Positions 1 to 8,414 of a DNA stretch of 20,000 nt are shown piece by piece. Location of the stretch: the NCBI GenBank assembly GCA_963848135.1, contig CAWKCK010000002.1:489684-509683 (forward strand), given 5' to 3'. Source of the DNA: an uncultured delta proteobacterium. Its GTDB lineage: Bacteria; Desulfobacterota; Desulfobacteria; Desulfobacterales; SG8-13. Position 1 is the stretch's first letter, and every line of letters starts with the position of its first letter. The notes below the pieces were generated by a model. It was not told where the DNA came from. It searched no databases and was given only the letters and a program-made list of their open reading frames with translations. A program made the position numbers and the translations under genes.

Positions 1-1
1 C

Positions 2-799
2 GAAGGATGCCACGATTTCTTCGGTGGTAGATTGCAGTTTGTTGAGATCGTGGCTCCGGACTTCTCCATGGACCTCAACCGTATCGGGAACAATATTTAC
101 CGCGCTGCCGCCGGCTATTATCCCGATATTGCAAGTTGTTTCGCGATCAATGCGTCCCAGAGACAAGTTCGCAATCGCCCGTGCCGCCAGTTCAATGGCA
201 TTGATGCCCTTTTCAGGGGCAGACCCGGCATGGGCCGATTTTCCGTGAATGATAAATTTCAATCGGTTGGCAGCCGGCGCACGAACCACAATACCATCGG
301 TGTCCGTGGCGTCCAGTACATAGCCATAGGATGCACTCAGGAAGCCACTATCGAGGTGCTTGGCTCCCAACAGACCGATTTCCTCGCATACCGTAAAGAC
401 CAGTTCCAGCGCACCATGCGGAACGCTGTTTTCTTCAAGCACATGTAAAACTTCCAGCAAAACGGCTATGGCACTCTTGTCATCGGCCCCGAGAACCGTG
501 GTTCCGTCGCTGGTGAACACGCCGTCCTTCAATATGGCCGTCACCCCTTTTCCCGGTTGCACCGTATCGAGGTGCGCGCTTAACAACAACGGCGCAGCCG
601 GCGTATTCCCCGGCAATCTGGCAAGAAGGTTCCCCGAATCACCACCGATTTGTTTGTCGGCATCATCGATTCTAGTTTCGGCACCCATAGATTCAAGCAT
701 CTCGACAAGCGTGAGCGCCAGACGGCCTTCCTCTTTGGACACACTGTCGATGACTACCAGGCGTTGAAATGTTTGGGCGAGCCGGTTGTGATCGATCAC
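2..799 (-). CDS. M20 family metallopeptidase, peptidase T-like (YqjE type); runs off the left edge of the window
   Basis: Hand translation (absent from the ORF track because there is no stop in the window): GTG at 799 preceded by AGGAGG; MIDHNRLAQTFQRLVVIDSVSKEE...LLLSAHLDTVQPG...LGADDKSA...VFTVCEEIGLLGA...HGKSAHAGSAPEKGINAI...NIVPD. HxD, ADD and EE metal-binding motifs of M20 are present. Confidence 0.93.
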   Translation of the reverse strand, partial: MIDHNRLAQTFQRLVVIDSVSKEEGRLALTLVEMLESMGAETRIDDADKQIGGDSGNLLARLPGNTPAAPLLLSAHLDTVQPGKGVTAILKDGVFTSDGTTVLGADDKSAIAVLLEVLHVLEENSVPHGALELVFTVCEEIGLLGAKHLDSGFLSASYGYVLDATDTDGIVVRAPAANRLKFIIHGKSAHAGSAPEKGINAIELAARAIANLSLGRIDRETTCNIGIIAGGSAVNIVPDTVEVHGEVRSHDLNKLQSTTEEIVASF

Positions 800-851
800 G
801 GGACCCTCCTATCCATCGTTAACAACCACAGCTGATTTCCCGACAAAGTGG

Positions 852-879
852 TTGACAAAACGCACGGCCTCTATATTAT
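852..879 (+). promoter_or_regulatory. sigma70-type promoter for tRNA-Sec
   Basis: TTGACA (852-857), 16-nt spacer, TATTAT (874-879), ending 11 nt before the tRNA. Confidence 0.65.
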
Positions 880-890
880 TAGGGCTCCAC

Positions 891-988
891 GGAAGTGCGC
901 AGCTCACTGGTGGGGCTCCCGGGCTTCAAACCCGGTGTGGGGCGCTAAAACCGTCCCGGGTGGGTTCGATTCCCATGCACTTCCGCCA
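891..988 (+). tRNA. selC: tRNA-Sec (anticodon UCA)
   Basis: 8-bp acceptor stem GGAAGTGC/GCACTTCC, extended D arm, anticodon arm CCGGG-CTTCAAA-CCCGG (TCA at 926-928), long variable arm GGGGCG/CGTCCC, 5-bp T stem with TTCGATT loop, 3' GCCA. This is the bacterial 8/5 tRNA-Sec fold. Confidence 0.97.
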
Positions 989-1211
989 TTTTATTATTTA
1001 TTTCAGACAGTTAAATTCCAACACCCCTACTCTATTACAGCCAAAACCTGACCTATATTATTAACAAGTAAAGCATCCTTCTGACTAAACTGTTACAATA
1101 TCTTGCAAGCTCAAATTCACTCTTTTTAGCCTCTTTATGTTTTTCACACTTTCGAACCATTCCAGGTTCCAGACCGATAATATCAATACAGTTGCCTTTG
1201 GTCCAGAAGTG

Positions 1212-1239
1212 TTGACACCAGTGATTTTTTTCCTATTAT
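1212..1239 (+). promoter_or_regulatory. sigma70-type promoter for the glycosyltransferase gene
   Basis: TTGACA (1212-1217), 16-nt spacer, TATTAT (1234-1239); about 225 nt upstream of ATG 1465. Confidence 0.55.
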
Positions 1240-1464
1240 TCTCTGCACTGATTTAAAACTCGAAGCGTTGTTCAGCGCTTGATCACCTTACATATCCTGC
1301 GATAGACACTTTCTGCCGAACTATCGCAAGCAGGGCCCGTTGGTGCACTTGCACGTTAACTTAAATGATATATTCAATATGGCATTCGTATTAAATTTGG
1401 ATATTTTTCTTTTTAAAAACGTATTGTGTCCATAAAAAAACTGCCTCAATAGCAAAGGAACATT

Positions 1465-2811
1465 ATGAAGGATGGACGCAAAGAGAGTAATATTAGGAAA
1501 GTTTATTCTATTCTAAAGCAACCATTATCTATTTTATTGCCTATAAAAATAAATAAAAAAAACCATTTGTTCATAATTATCTTCATTTTATTAAATTGTT
1601 TGATTCTTTATAATATAATTCTTTTGTCAAACGATATTATTAATGGAGACTTTACGGCCAAAAATCTATTTCCCTCACCTCGCTATGAATTTATGAGAGT
1701 TCCTGAGAACCCTCTCACGCTAAAAGTTAAAGCTGAAAACAGATTAGCAGCTGACTTTGCCCAAATATATTTCCCATCCCAAAAGTTTTCTTCTTTAACC
1801 CAGGCCTATACGAGAGAGAGCCTTGACCCATGGCAAAGGCCATCAAGATACGCGCCACTCATACATGCCATCTGTTCGATGAGTATTTGCAAATTGAATT
1901 ACGGTTATGCAAGTTTTCTCCACATAACGATCCAACTGTTTATGTTCTATCTATCTTTTATATATGCTTTTAAAATTTTACATTTAGAAAGATACATATT
2001 TTATAGTATTTTACTTGTGAATTTTTGTCTTTTTTTAACGCCTGCTGGCCTTTCATGGTTTGAGCGCGGCCAATTTTCTCTCTATGTTTCCATAAGTTAT
2101 TTATGGTTAATGTTGGGAATTATAAATAGAAGTAAACTCTATATATTCTTATCAGCACTATTTGCTTATGTGAAATTGACATCCCTTCCATTAATCTTCG
2201 TGGTTTTTTTCATATGGATGCTTAATTCAAAAAACCTTAAAGAATTAAAGCAGAGTATATTTACAGCATTAGTTTTCTTGTTAACCATTGCACTTTTATT
2301 CTTACTCTATCCAGAACTTGGTGTTGACTTTATTTCTGGTATTTTTGAACAGGAGCTAGGTTATAATCCCGGCGGGATTAGCCTATCGAATCTACTCCCA
2401 AAATATCTTGTAAAAGCACTACCGATTATTTTGATAATTCTGGGCTATTCGCATATTAAAAGGTACAAGAATGACTTTATCTTTCTTGTCCCATATTTAA
2501 CTGGTTGTGCCATCATCCTTATAACCTATCCAACATTGGCATACGATTACAGTGTGCCTTGTTTGTTTTGCTTCATCCCATTAGTAATTTATTGGTCTAA
2601 ACAAACATTAATCCACGATAATTTTGCTATTCATATGATCAAGTATTTTTTCCCTTTTTTTATAATTGCTGCTTCTTTTTCAAAATTTTTCATCATGTTT
2701 TTTTATTCACAGTCAATCATTACCATATTTTACATATTGTCATCATTAGTTTTCTTTGTTTTACCTGTGTTACCCAAAATGCACAGAATTAAAATAAAAG
2801 ACATTCAATGA
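1465..2811 (+). CDS. Polytopic membrane glycosyltransferase, GT-C fold (GT87/DUF2029-like)
   Basis: 448 aa with many hydrophobic segments; AAAGGA RBS; GT87-like motifs ADFAQIY in the first loop, SRYAPL, FERGQFS, AYVKL and AYDY. Confidence 0.7.
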   Translation: MKDGRKESNIRKVYSILKQPLSILLPIKINKKNHLFIIIFILLNCLILYNIILLSNDIINGDFTAKNLFPSPRYEFMRVPENPLTLKVKAENRLAADFAQIYFPSQKFSSLTQAYTRESLDPWQRPSRYAPLIHAICSMSICKLNYGYASFLHITIQLFMFYLSFIYAFKILHLERYIFYSILLVNFCLFLTPAGLSWFERGQFSLYVSISYLWLMLGIINRSKLYIFLSALFAYVKLTSLPLIFVVFFIWMLNSKNLKELKQSIFTALVFLLTIALLFLLYPELGVDFISGIFEQELGYNPGGISLSNLLPKYLVKALPIILIILGYSHIKRYKNDFIFLVPYLTGCAIILITYPTLAYDYSVPCLFCFIPLVIYWSKQTLIHDNFAIHMIKYFFPFFIIAASFSKFFIMFFYSQSIITIFYILSSLVFFVLPVLPKMHRIKIKDIQ

Positions 2812-2951
2812 TAACCTATTGATACCGAGATTTGCTATAGGGGTGGGTAAAGACGATCAAGCATTCAATGGTGGCTGCATGTTGGGCAGCTGTAGGAATC
2901 ATCGATAGGGAATCGGTGAGCAAAAAAGCCGTGAAACATTATCCCCAATTT

Positions 2952-3290
2952 TTAACCATACTCGTCAGAGAAGGGTTGAAAGGAAAGTTCAATGGCAAAT
3001 GATGTCATAATCGTCACAACCATCATAAATTGTTCGATTTTAATTCTTTCTGCCAATGGCAAAGTTTTTAGCCAATAACCCGCAATGACTGCAAATGAAG
3101 GCATCAGGAACAGCCATATTCTCTCAGTCTCCAAATAAAAAAGACCGGAAAAACTAAATATTAATATGGTTAAGAAAAAACTTGAAGCATAGTTGCGCAT
3201 TACAACGTTTCTTGTATGCTTTAACTCTTTCATTGCCTATAACGATAAAATTGCAGCTGTAAAATTGGGCAGTATAAAAAACGCCGCAAT
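2952..3290 (-). pseudogene. C-terminal remnant of a membrane protein (possibly GT-C-like)
   Basis: 93-aa hydrophobic ORF with LETERIWLF. The same frame continues upstream as hydrophobic IAAFFILPNFTAAILSL across a TAG at 3237-3239; there is no room for an N-terminus before the feoB stop. Confidence 0.55.
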
Positions 3291-3296
3291 GCGCGG
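3275..3296 (-). terminator. Possible weak intrinsic terminator of feoB
   Basis: Minus strand CCGCG-CAT-TGCGG followed by CG and T7, just after the feoB stop. The stem is short. Confidence 0.3.
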
Positions 3297-3301
3297 ATGG
3301 A

Positions 3302-5485
3302 TTAGCTGAAACCGATCAAGCGTCCGACCTGATATACGCTAAAGGATGCCAGCCATGCCAGTGAGGTACTGTAGAATATACTAAAGAGCATCCACTTAAC
3401 AGACCCCGTTTCGCGTCGTATGGCGGTTACCGTGGCAAGACATGGCAGGTACAAAAGCACGAAAATCATCATCGAAAGGGCAGAGAGGGGTGTCATTCCG
3501 GAAGCCCTGAGTGCCGTTCGCAACCCTTCCGCTTGCTTATCCTCATCGGCAGCATAGAGCACGCCCAGGGTGCTGACGACGATTTCCTTGGCCACGAAAC
3601 CGGTCACCAGGGACACCCCCCCACGCCAGTCGATTCCTATCGGTGCGAACAGCGGGGCTATGGCCTTACCGATCCGCCCCATAAAAGAGTGTTCCATCTT
3701 TTCCGCTTGACGGGTCCGTTTCAGTTCCGTAATCGCGGCCTTTTTGCGCGCTTTCAGCAACCGTTTGTCGGTTTCGGCAGCATTTTGGATCTCGGCATCA
3801 TATCCTGCGCCGATGCGTGCCAATTCCCCTTCGTAATCCTTTGAATAAGTAACATCGCGAGGAAACGCCGAAAGACACCAGATAACCACCGATCCGACCA
3901 GAATGATGCCGCCCATTTTTTTCAAGAAAATTTTGGAGCGATCCCACATGTGAATCAGCAGGCTCCTTAACATCGGTGCTCTGTAAGGTGGGAGTTCCAT
4001 GACAAAAGGTGCATCTGCTCCTTTCAAGAGGGTTGATCTGAACAAACGGCCGGTTATCATCGAGAGGCCGATGCCGAGCAGGTAGACAGCAAAAATGACG
4101 TTGCCGGCCCGCGCACCGAAAAAAGTGCCAGCCAGAGCAATGTAAACCGGGAGTTTGGCCGAACAGGACATGAAAGGCGTAATTAAAATGGTCAGGATGC
4201 GATCTTTTTCACTCTCGAGGGTTCGGGTGGCCATAATGGCCGGTACGTTGCAGCCGAAGCCCATCAACATCGGTATAAAAGATTTCCCATGCAATCCGAT
4301 CAGATGCATGATTTTATCCATCAGAAAGGCTGAGCGTGCCATGTAACCGGTATCTTCGAACAGGGCGATACAGAAAAAAAGGATGAGGATATTGGGCAGA
4401 AAAACGATGACACTACCGACCCCCGCCACAATACCTTCCAATACGAGATCCTTAAAAAGGCCATCGGGCAGATAGTCCGCAAGAATGGCCGATGTTCCGC
4501 TGACGACACGATCGATCCCGCTCATCGGATAATCGCCCAGCGTAAAGGTCAGTTGGAACATGGCCCAGATAAAAAAAACGAATATCGGGAAACCGATAAA
4601 CCGGTTGGTCAACACCAGGTCGATATTTCGCGACATGTCGACACGCTGACGGGTGGTACTGACGAGGACCTCCTTGACGATACCGGCAATGAACCCATAG
4701 CGTTCGTCTGTCATCACAATTTCCGGTTCATCATCGAAACGGTCCCGCAGAAGCTCTCTCAAGGTCTGGGTGTGTTGGAGGATATCCGCCTTGAAGTGGC
4801 CGGCTTTTTCATCAATCCTCTCTTTAACGATCTTGTCATCTTCGAGGAGCTTTATAGCGGTCCATCGGAAATTATAAGGAAATCCATGGCCGACCCTAGC
4901 GTCTATAAGGTGCTCAAGTTCGGTAATCGCTTCTTCGATATCCTTGCTGTATTTCACCCTTCGTTTCGGGCCCCTGGGGATGTCCGCTTCTGCCAATTCG
5001 ATCGCCATTTTGAGCAGCGTGTCAATACCCTCGTTTTTGTTACCGATGGTAAAAGCCACGGGGACATTCAGCAGCTCGGACAACTTGAGGGCATCTATTT
5101 TATTGCCCCTGGCACGGGCCAAGTCAGCCATATTAAGGGCATAGAGGACTTTGCAATCGAGTTCTCTGATCTGGGTGGCAAGATAGAGGCTGCGTTCGAG
5201 ATTGGAGGCATCGATGATATCGATGACGACATCGGGTGTCTCATCGAGAATATAGTTGCGGGCGACGATTTCTTCGATGGAAAAAGGCGTGAGGCTGTAA
5301 GTTCCGGGCAAGTCGATTATTTTTAATTGGTAGCCGTGTTTGAGGACTGTCCCCTCTTTTTTTTCCACGGTCACACCGGGCCAATTGCCGACTTTCTGCC
5401 TTGTTCCGGTCATTCTGTTGAATATCGTCGTTTTACCGGAATTCGGGTTACCAGCCAGTGCGATCGTCAGGCGCTTTGAATTCAT
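3302..5485 (-). CDS. feoB: Ferrous iron transport protein B
   Basis: GTPase motifs GNPNSGKT, VGNWPGVTVEKK, DLPGTYSL and NMAD; membrane gate motifs GFGCNVPA, PFMSCSAKLP, FVMELPPY and LYLPC. Confidence 0.98.
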   Translation of the reverse strand: MNSKRLTIALAGNPNSGKTTIFNRMTGTRQKVGNWPGVTVEKKEGTVLKHGYQLKIIDLPGTYSLTPFSIEEIVARNYILDETPDVVIDIIDASNLERSLYLATQIRELDCKVLYALNMADLARARGNKIDALKLSELLNVPVAFTIGNKNEGIDTLLKMAIELAEADIPRGPKRRVKYSKDIEEAITELEHLIDARVGHGFPYNFRWTAIKLLEDDKIVKERIDEKAGHFKADILQHTQTLRELLRDRFDDEPEIVMTDERYGFIAGIVKEVLVSTTRQRVDMSRNIDLVLTNRFIGFPIFVFFIWAMFQLTFTLGDYPMSGIDRVVSGTSAILADYLPDGLFKDLVLEGIVAGVGSVIVFLPNILILFFCIALFEDTGYMARSAFLMDKIMHLIGLHGKSFIPMLMGFGCNVPAIMATRTLESEKDRILTILITPFMSCSAKLPVYIALAGTFFGARAGNVIFAVYLLGIGLSMITGRLFRSTLLKGADAPFVMELPPYRAPMLRSLLIHMWDRSKIFLKKMGGIILVGSVVIWCLSAFPRDVTYSKDYEGELARIGAGYDAEIQNAAETDKRLLKARKKAAITELKRTRQAEKMEHSFMGRIGKAIAPLFAPIGIDWRGGVSLVTGFVAKEIVVSTLGVLYAADEDKQAEGLRTALRASGMTPLSALSMMIFVLLYLPCLATVTAIRRETGSVKWMLFSIFYSTSLAWLASFSVYQVGRLIGFS

Positions 5486-5496
5486 GCAGAAAAAAC

Positions 5497-5724
5497 CTAC
5501 CTTACATTGTCAACCGTAATGTTTCCGGCTTCCTCAACCCGCAGAGACATGTGGTATCCCTTGACGATGAGTTCCAGCGGATCCTTTAAGGGTGCATATT
5601 TTTCGACGATCACCTCGGTGCCCTTTATAAGCCCCATTTCATGCAGTCTGCGTCTCAAGGCACGATTCCCGCCGATGTGGTTGATTGTTGCCGTTTGCCC
5701 TTCTTTGACTTCACTCAAAAGCAT
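5497..5724 (-). CDS. feoA: Ferrous iron transport protein A
   Basis: 75 aa with RRRLHEMGL..GT.V...APLKDP..L.VKGYHMSLR..EA; 11 nt upstream of feoB. Confidence 0.96.
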   Translation of the reverse strand: MLLSEVKEGQTATINHIGGNRALRRRLHEMGLIKGTEVIVEKYAPLKDPLELIVKGYHMSLRVEEAGNITVDNVR

Positions 5725-5789
5725 TCCGCCACCTTGTCAAAAAATTTGCAATGTTATCGGAACGTATCCCGTAGCTCAGGATTATACCG

Positions 5790-5829
5790 AAAAAAATTTG
5801 CGACGGGCGAGAGTGTCGCCTGTCGCAAT
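5790..5829 (-). terminator. Intrinsic terminator-like hairpin upstream of feoA
   Basis: Minus strand TTGCGACAGGCGA-CACTC-TCGCCCGTCGCAA (13-bp stem, 1 mismatch) followed by A and T7. Confidence 0.75.
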
Positions 5830-5874
5830 CAGACCCGTACACTTCCGGTCGGCTGTCAGAAACATAAGCAGTTG

Positions 5875-5903
5875 AATTTAATGATATATGAAAGCGATGT
5901 CAA
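5875..5903 (-). promoter_or_regulatory. sigma70-type promoter facing feoAB
   Basis: Minus strand TTGACA (5903-5898), 17-nt spacer, TAAATT (5880-5875). Confidence 0.65.
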
Positions 5904-5978
5904 CAAACGTTCGTCGATCTATGGGTGGCGCTTGGCAAACCACCGCTACGCGCTCGAAAGGATACTGGCACCATAATA

Positions 5979-6896
5979 TCAACCCCAAAAAATGATAAAT
6001 ACCGTTCCGATGAGCATGAATACCGCCCCTGCCAGACGCACCCCGATGTTATGTTCCTTGAAGATAACTGCACCGAAAATGACGCCGAAGAGGATGCTGA
6101 GCCGTTTTATGGCGATCATGTATGCGGCTTTGGTTAAGAAAATGGCATACCCGTGACAAACCGCATGCACAAAGAGAAGTGTACCCGCGACCAGGCCTTT
6201 GCCCGGTTGAACAGTGTAAGTCTGGAGGTGGATTCTGCGCATAGCCAGAAGGGCAAGCAAAATCGTCAGATTGAATGCAACAAAAAAGGAAATTGTAAAA
6301 TATAGCGGTGAAGAATGCAATATGCCCTGTTTGCCAACAACAGCGGCAAAACTAAAAATAAAGGCGACGATCATCATCAGCCAGGAACCTTTTTCCTTGA
6401 AAACGGCCGTTAATGGATCCAGAAAGCTTGGTCGGGCAGGATCGAGATTGAGAATGTAGCCGCCGACACAGGTGGTAAGGATACCGATAATACCCCACCG
6501 ATTGGGAATTTCTCCCAGGATCACAGACCCGGTTACGATCATGAACACTGGCGTAAACGCCAGATATGGCACGGTCAGTGATAGGGGTGAAATCCTTATG
6601 GCCTGCATATAAAGCAGGAAACTGACGGCATTGAGTGGCAGGCTGATCAAAAGTGACCACCAGTAGACGGCATCGAGAACCGGACGAGGTGCGAGATAAA
6701 GGCCGATGATGAACATGGGCAGGCTGTATAGCGCCGGATAGGCCACCATGTCATAGGGACTAAGGTGGGCAAAATATTTTTTTACCCATACGTCCTGGGT
6801 AGCGACCGTCAAAGCCGTTAGAAGCGATAGGATAAGCCATAGCATCGGGAAGCCTGAGTGATGGCGATTCATTCGGAACTTTTTCGCGGCATTCAC
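5979..6896 (-). CDS. EamA/DMT family transporter
   Basis: About 10 TM segments in two repeats; AIRISPLSLTVPYLAFTPVF, ILGE and IFKE motifs. The true start may be ATG 6845 (MLWLILS). Confidence 0.9.
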   Translation of the reverse strand: MNAAKKFRMNRHHSGFPMLWLILSLLTALTVATQDVWVKKYFAHLSPYDMVAYPALYSLPMFIIGLYLAPRPVLDAVYWWSLLISLPLNAVSFLLYMQAIRISPLSLTVPYLAFTPVFMIVTGSVILGEIPNRWGIIGILTTCVGGYILNLDPARPSFLDPLTAVFKEKGSWLMMIVAFIFSFAAVVGKQGILHSSPLYFTISFFVAFNLTILLALLAMRRIHLQTYTVQPGKGLVAGTLLFVHAVCHGYAIFLTKAAYMIAIKRLSILFGVIFGAVIFKEHNIGVRLAGAVFMLIGTVFIIFWG

Positions 6897-6910
6897 GGTT
6901 TCGTTCCGCG

Positions 6911-8299
6911 TTATAATTTCTCCAGCTTGACCACCACTTCGATATGATAGGTGTGAGGAAACATGTCCACTGGTTGAACGTTTTCGACGCGATAGTATTC
7001 TTTCATCAGGTCGAGATCTCTGGCAAGGGTGGCCGGATTACAGGAGACGTAGACGATCCTAACCGGCGCCATATCGAGCACCTGTCGCAAAACATGCTTG
7101 TGCATCCCGACCCGGGGTGGATCGATGACGATCACATCTACCGGTGTTGTGATTTGATGAAGCTCCTCGGCAATGTCGCCCTGAATAAATCGACAATTTG
7201 ATATTCGATTTCGACGGCAGTTTTCAATAGCGTCGGACACCGCGCTATCTACAATTTCGATACCGATCACTTCTCTGGCATCTGGCGATAGGCAGATGGC
7301 AATGGTTCCGGTTCCGCTGTAAAGATCGACCACCCGTTCACTTCCCGTTAAGCCGGCAAATGATCGCACAGTTGCGTACAAACGCTCGGCCCCGGCGGTA
7401 TTGGTCTGAAAAAAACTGTTGGCGGAAATGTGGAATTCGTACGTACCGATGCGGTCCCTGATAAAACGATCCCCGGCCAGCAAAAACTCGCTTTCACCCA
7501 GAGTTATGGCCGCCTTGCGGGCGGTGACGTTGTTGACCACCGCGACGATATTCGGGTGGGCGGTCATCAGCTGGGTGGCAAGGGGCAGAAGTGTCTGCCG
7601 TTTTTCGGTGGCCGTAACAATATTCACCATCCATTGGTCCGCAGCCAGCGAATGGCGCAACATCAGGAATCGCCAGAAACCGAGATGGCTTTTCAGCCCA
7701 TAAACCGGTTCACTGGAGGCTCTGACAAATTCCCTGACATGCTCGAGGATGGCATTTCCCAAATTCGGTTGAAGAAGGCACGCCCGGGTGTCGAGCACTT
7801 TGAAAAAGGTCCCGGGGACATGCAGCCCAAGAGCCATCCCGACCTCGACATCCGGTTTGCCCAATTCCTCGGGCATCAACCAGCGCCGGTCGGAAAAAGT
7901 AAACTCCATCTTGTTACGGTAGTGGAAGGTGCAATCCGAGGCGATCGTTTCCCGGACGTCAACGTCCCCGAGATGGCCGATTCGAGCCAAAGTTTCAGCC
8001 ACTTGCCGTTGTTTGTATTCGAGCTGTTTATCGTAGCGGAGAAATTGCCACTTACATCCACCACACGTGCCGCTATACGGACAGGGCGGCGTTATCCGGT
8101 AGGGTGATGACCGCAGCAATTCCATAAGGATGGCTTCGGCGTAATTTTTACGCTTTCGAACAATCCGGATGCGCACCTGATCCATAGGTGCGACCTGGTC
8201 GACAAACACCGCCATATCCTCCACACGCAGCAGGCCACGACCACCGTAAGCCAGATCCGCGATTTCCCCCTCGATAACTTGTCCTTTTTTAATTCCCAC
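6911..8299 (-). CDS. rlmD: 23S rRNA (uracil(1939)-C5)-methyltransferase
   Basis: N-terminal TRAM domain, CPYSGTCGGC Fe-S motif, YRNK, SFFQTN, DLYSGTGTI, DPPR, catalytic YVSCNP, DMFPHTYHIE. Confidence 0.95.
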   Translation of the reverse strand: MGIKKGQVIEGEIADLAYGGRGLLRVEDMAVFVDQVAPMDQVRIRIVRKRKNYAEAILMELLRSSPYRITPPCPYSGTCGGCKWQFLRYDKQLEYKQRQVAETLARIGHLGDVDVRETIASDCTFHYRNKMEFTFSDRRWLMPEELGKPDVEVGMALGLHVPGTFFKVLDTRACLLQPNLGNAILEHVREFVRASSEPVYGLKSHLGFWRFLMLRHSLAADQWMVNIVTATEKRQTLLPLATQLMTAHPNIVAVVNNVTARKAAITLGESEFLLAGDRFIRDRIGTYEFHISANSFFQTNTAGAERLYATVRSFAGLTGSERVVDLYSGTGTIAICLSPDAREVIGIEIVDSAVSDAIENCRRNRISNCRFIQGDIAEELHQITTPVDVIVIDPPRVGMHKHVLRQVLDMAPVRIVYVSCNPATLARDLDLMKEYYRVENVQPVDMFPHTYHIEVVVKLEKL

Positions 8300-8414
8300 A
8301 ATGTCCTCTCCCGGTCCTGTTTATCCGTATACTCCAGGTCGTGTTAAATTGAAAGTGACAACGGTTGCTTTATGTTTAATATTATCAACAAATATTTGAA
8401 TTTAAGGATAAAAT

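Larger units (their letters stand above)
989..3290. other. AT-rich accessory islet adjoining the 3' end of selC
   Basis: Abrupt shift to AT-rich sequence right after the tRNA CCA and back to GC-balanced sequence at the feoB stop (judged by eye). No integrase or att repeat seen. Confidence 0.7.

Noticed and set aside
24..1064. Plus-strand ORFs at the window start
   Set aside because: Antisense to the M20 peptidase or overlapping tRNA-Sec.
5735..5760. Possible Fur box near the feoA start
   Set aside because: Poor match to GATAATGATAATCATTATC and weak symmetry.
5764..5790. CCCGTAGCTCAG resembling a tRNA 5' end
   Set aside because: No anticodon arm, T arm or acceptor partner follows.
3533..8107. 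Long antisense ORFs such as 4553-5326 and 7430-8107
   Set aside because: Shadows of feoB, EamA and rlmD with no motifs of their own.
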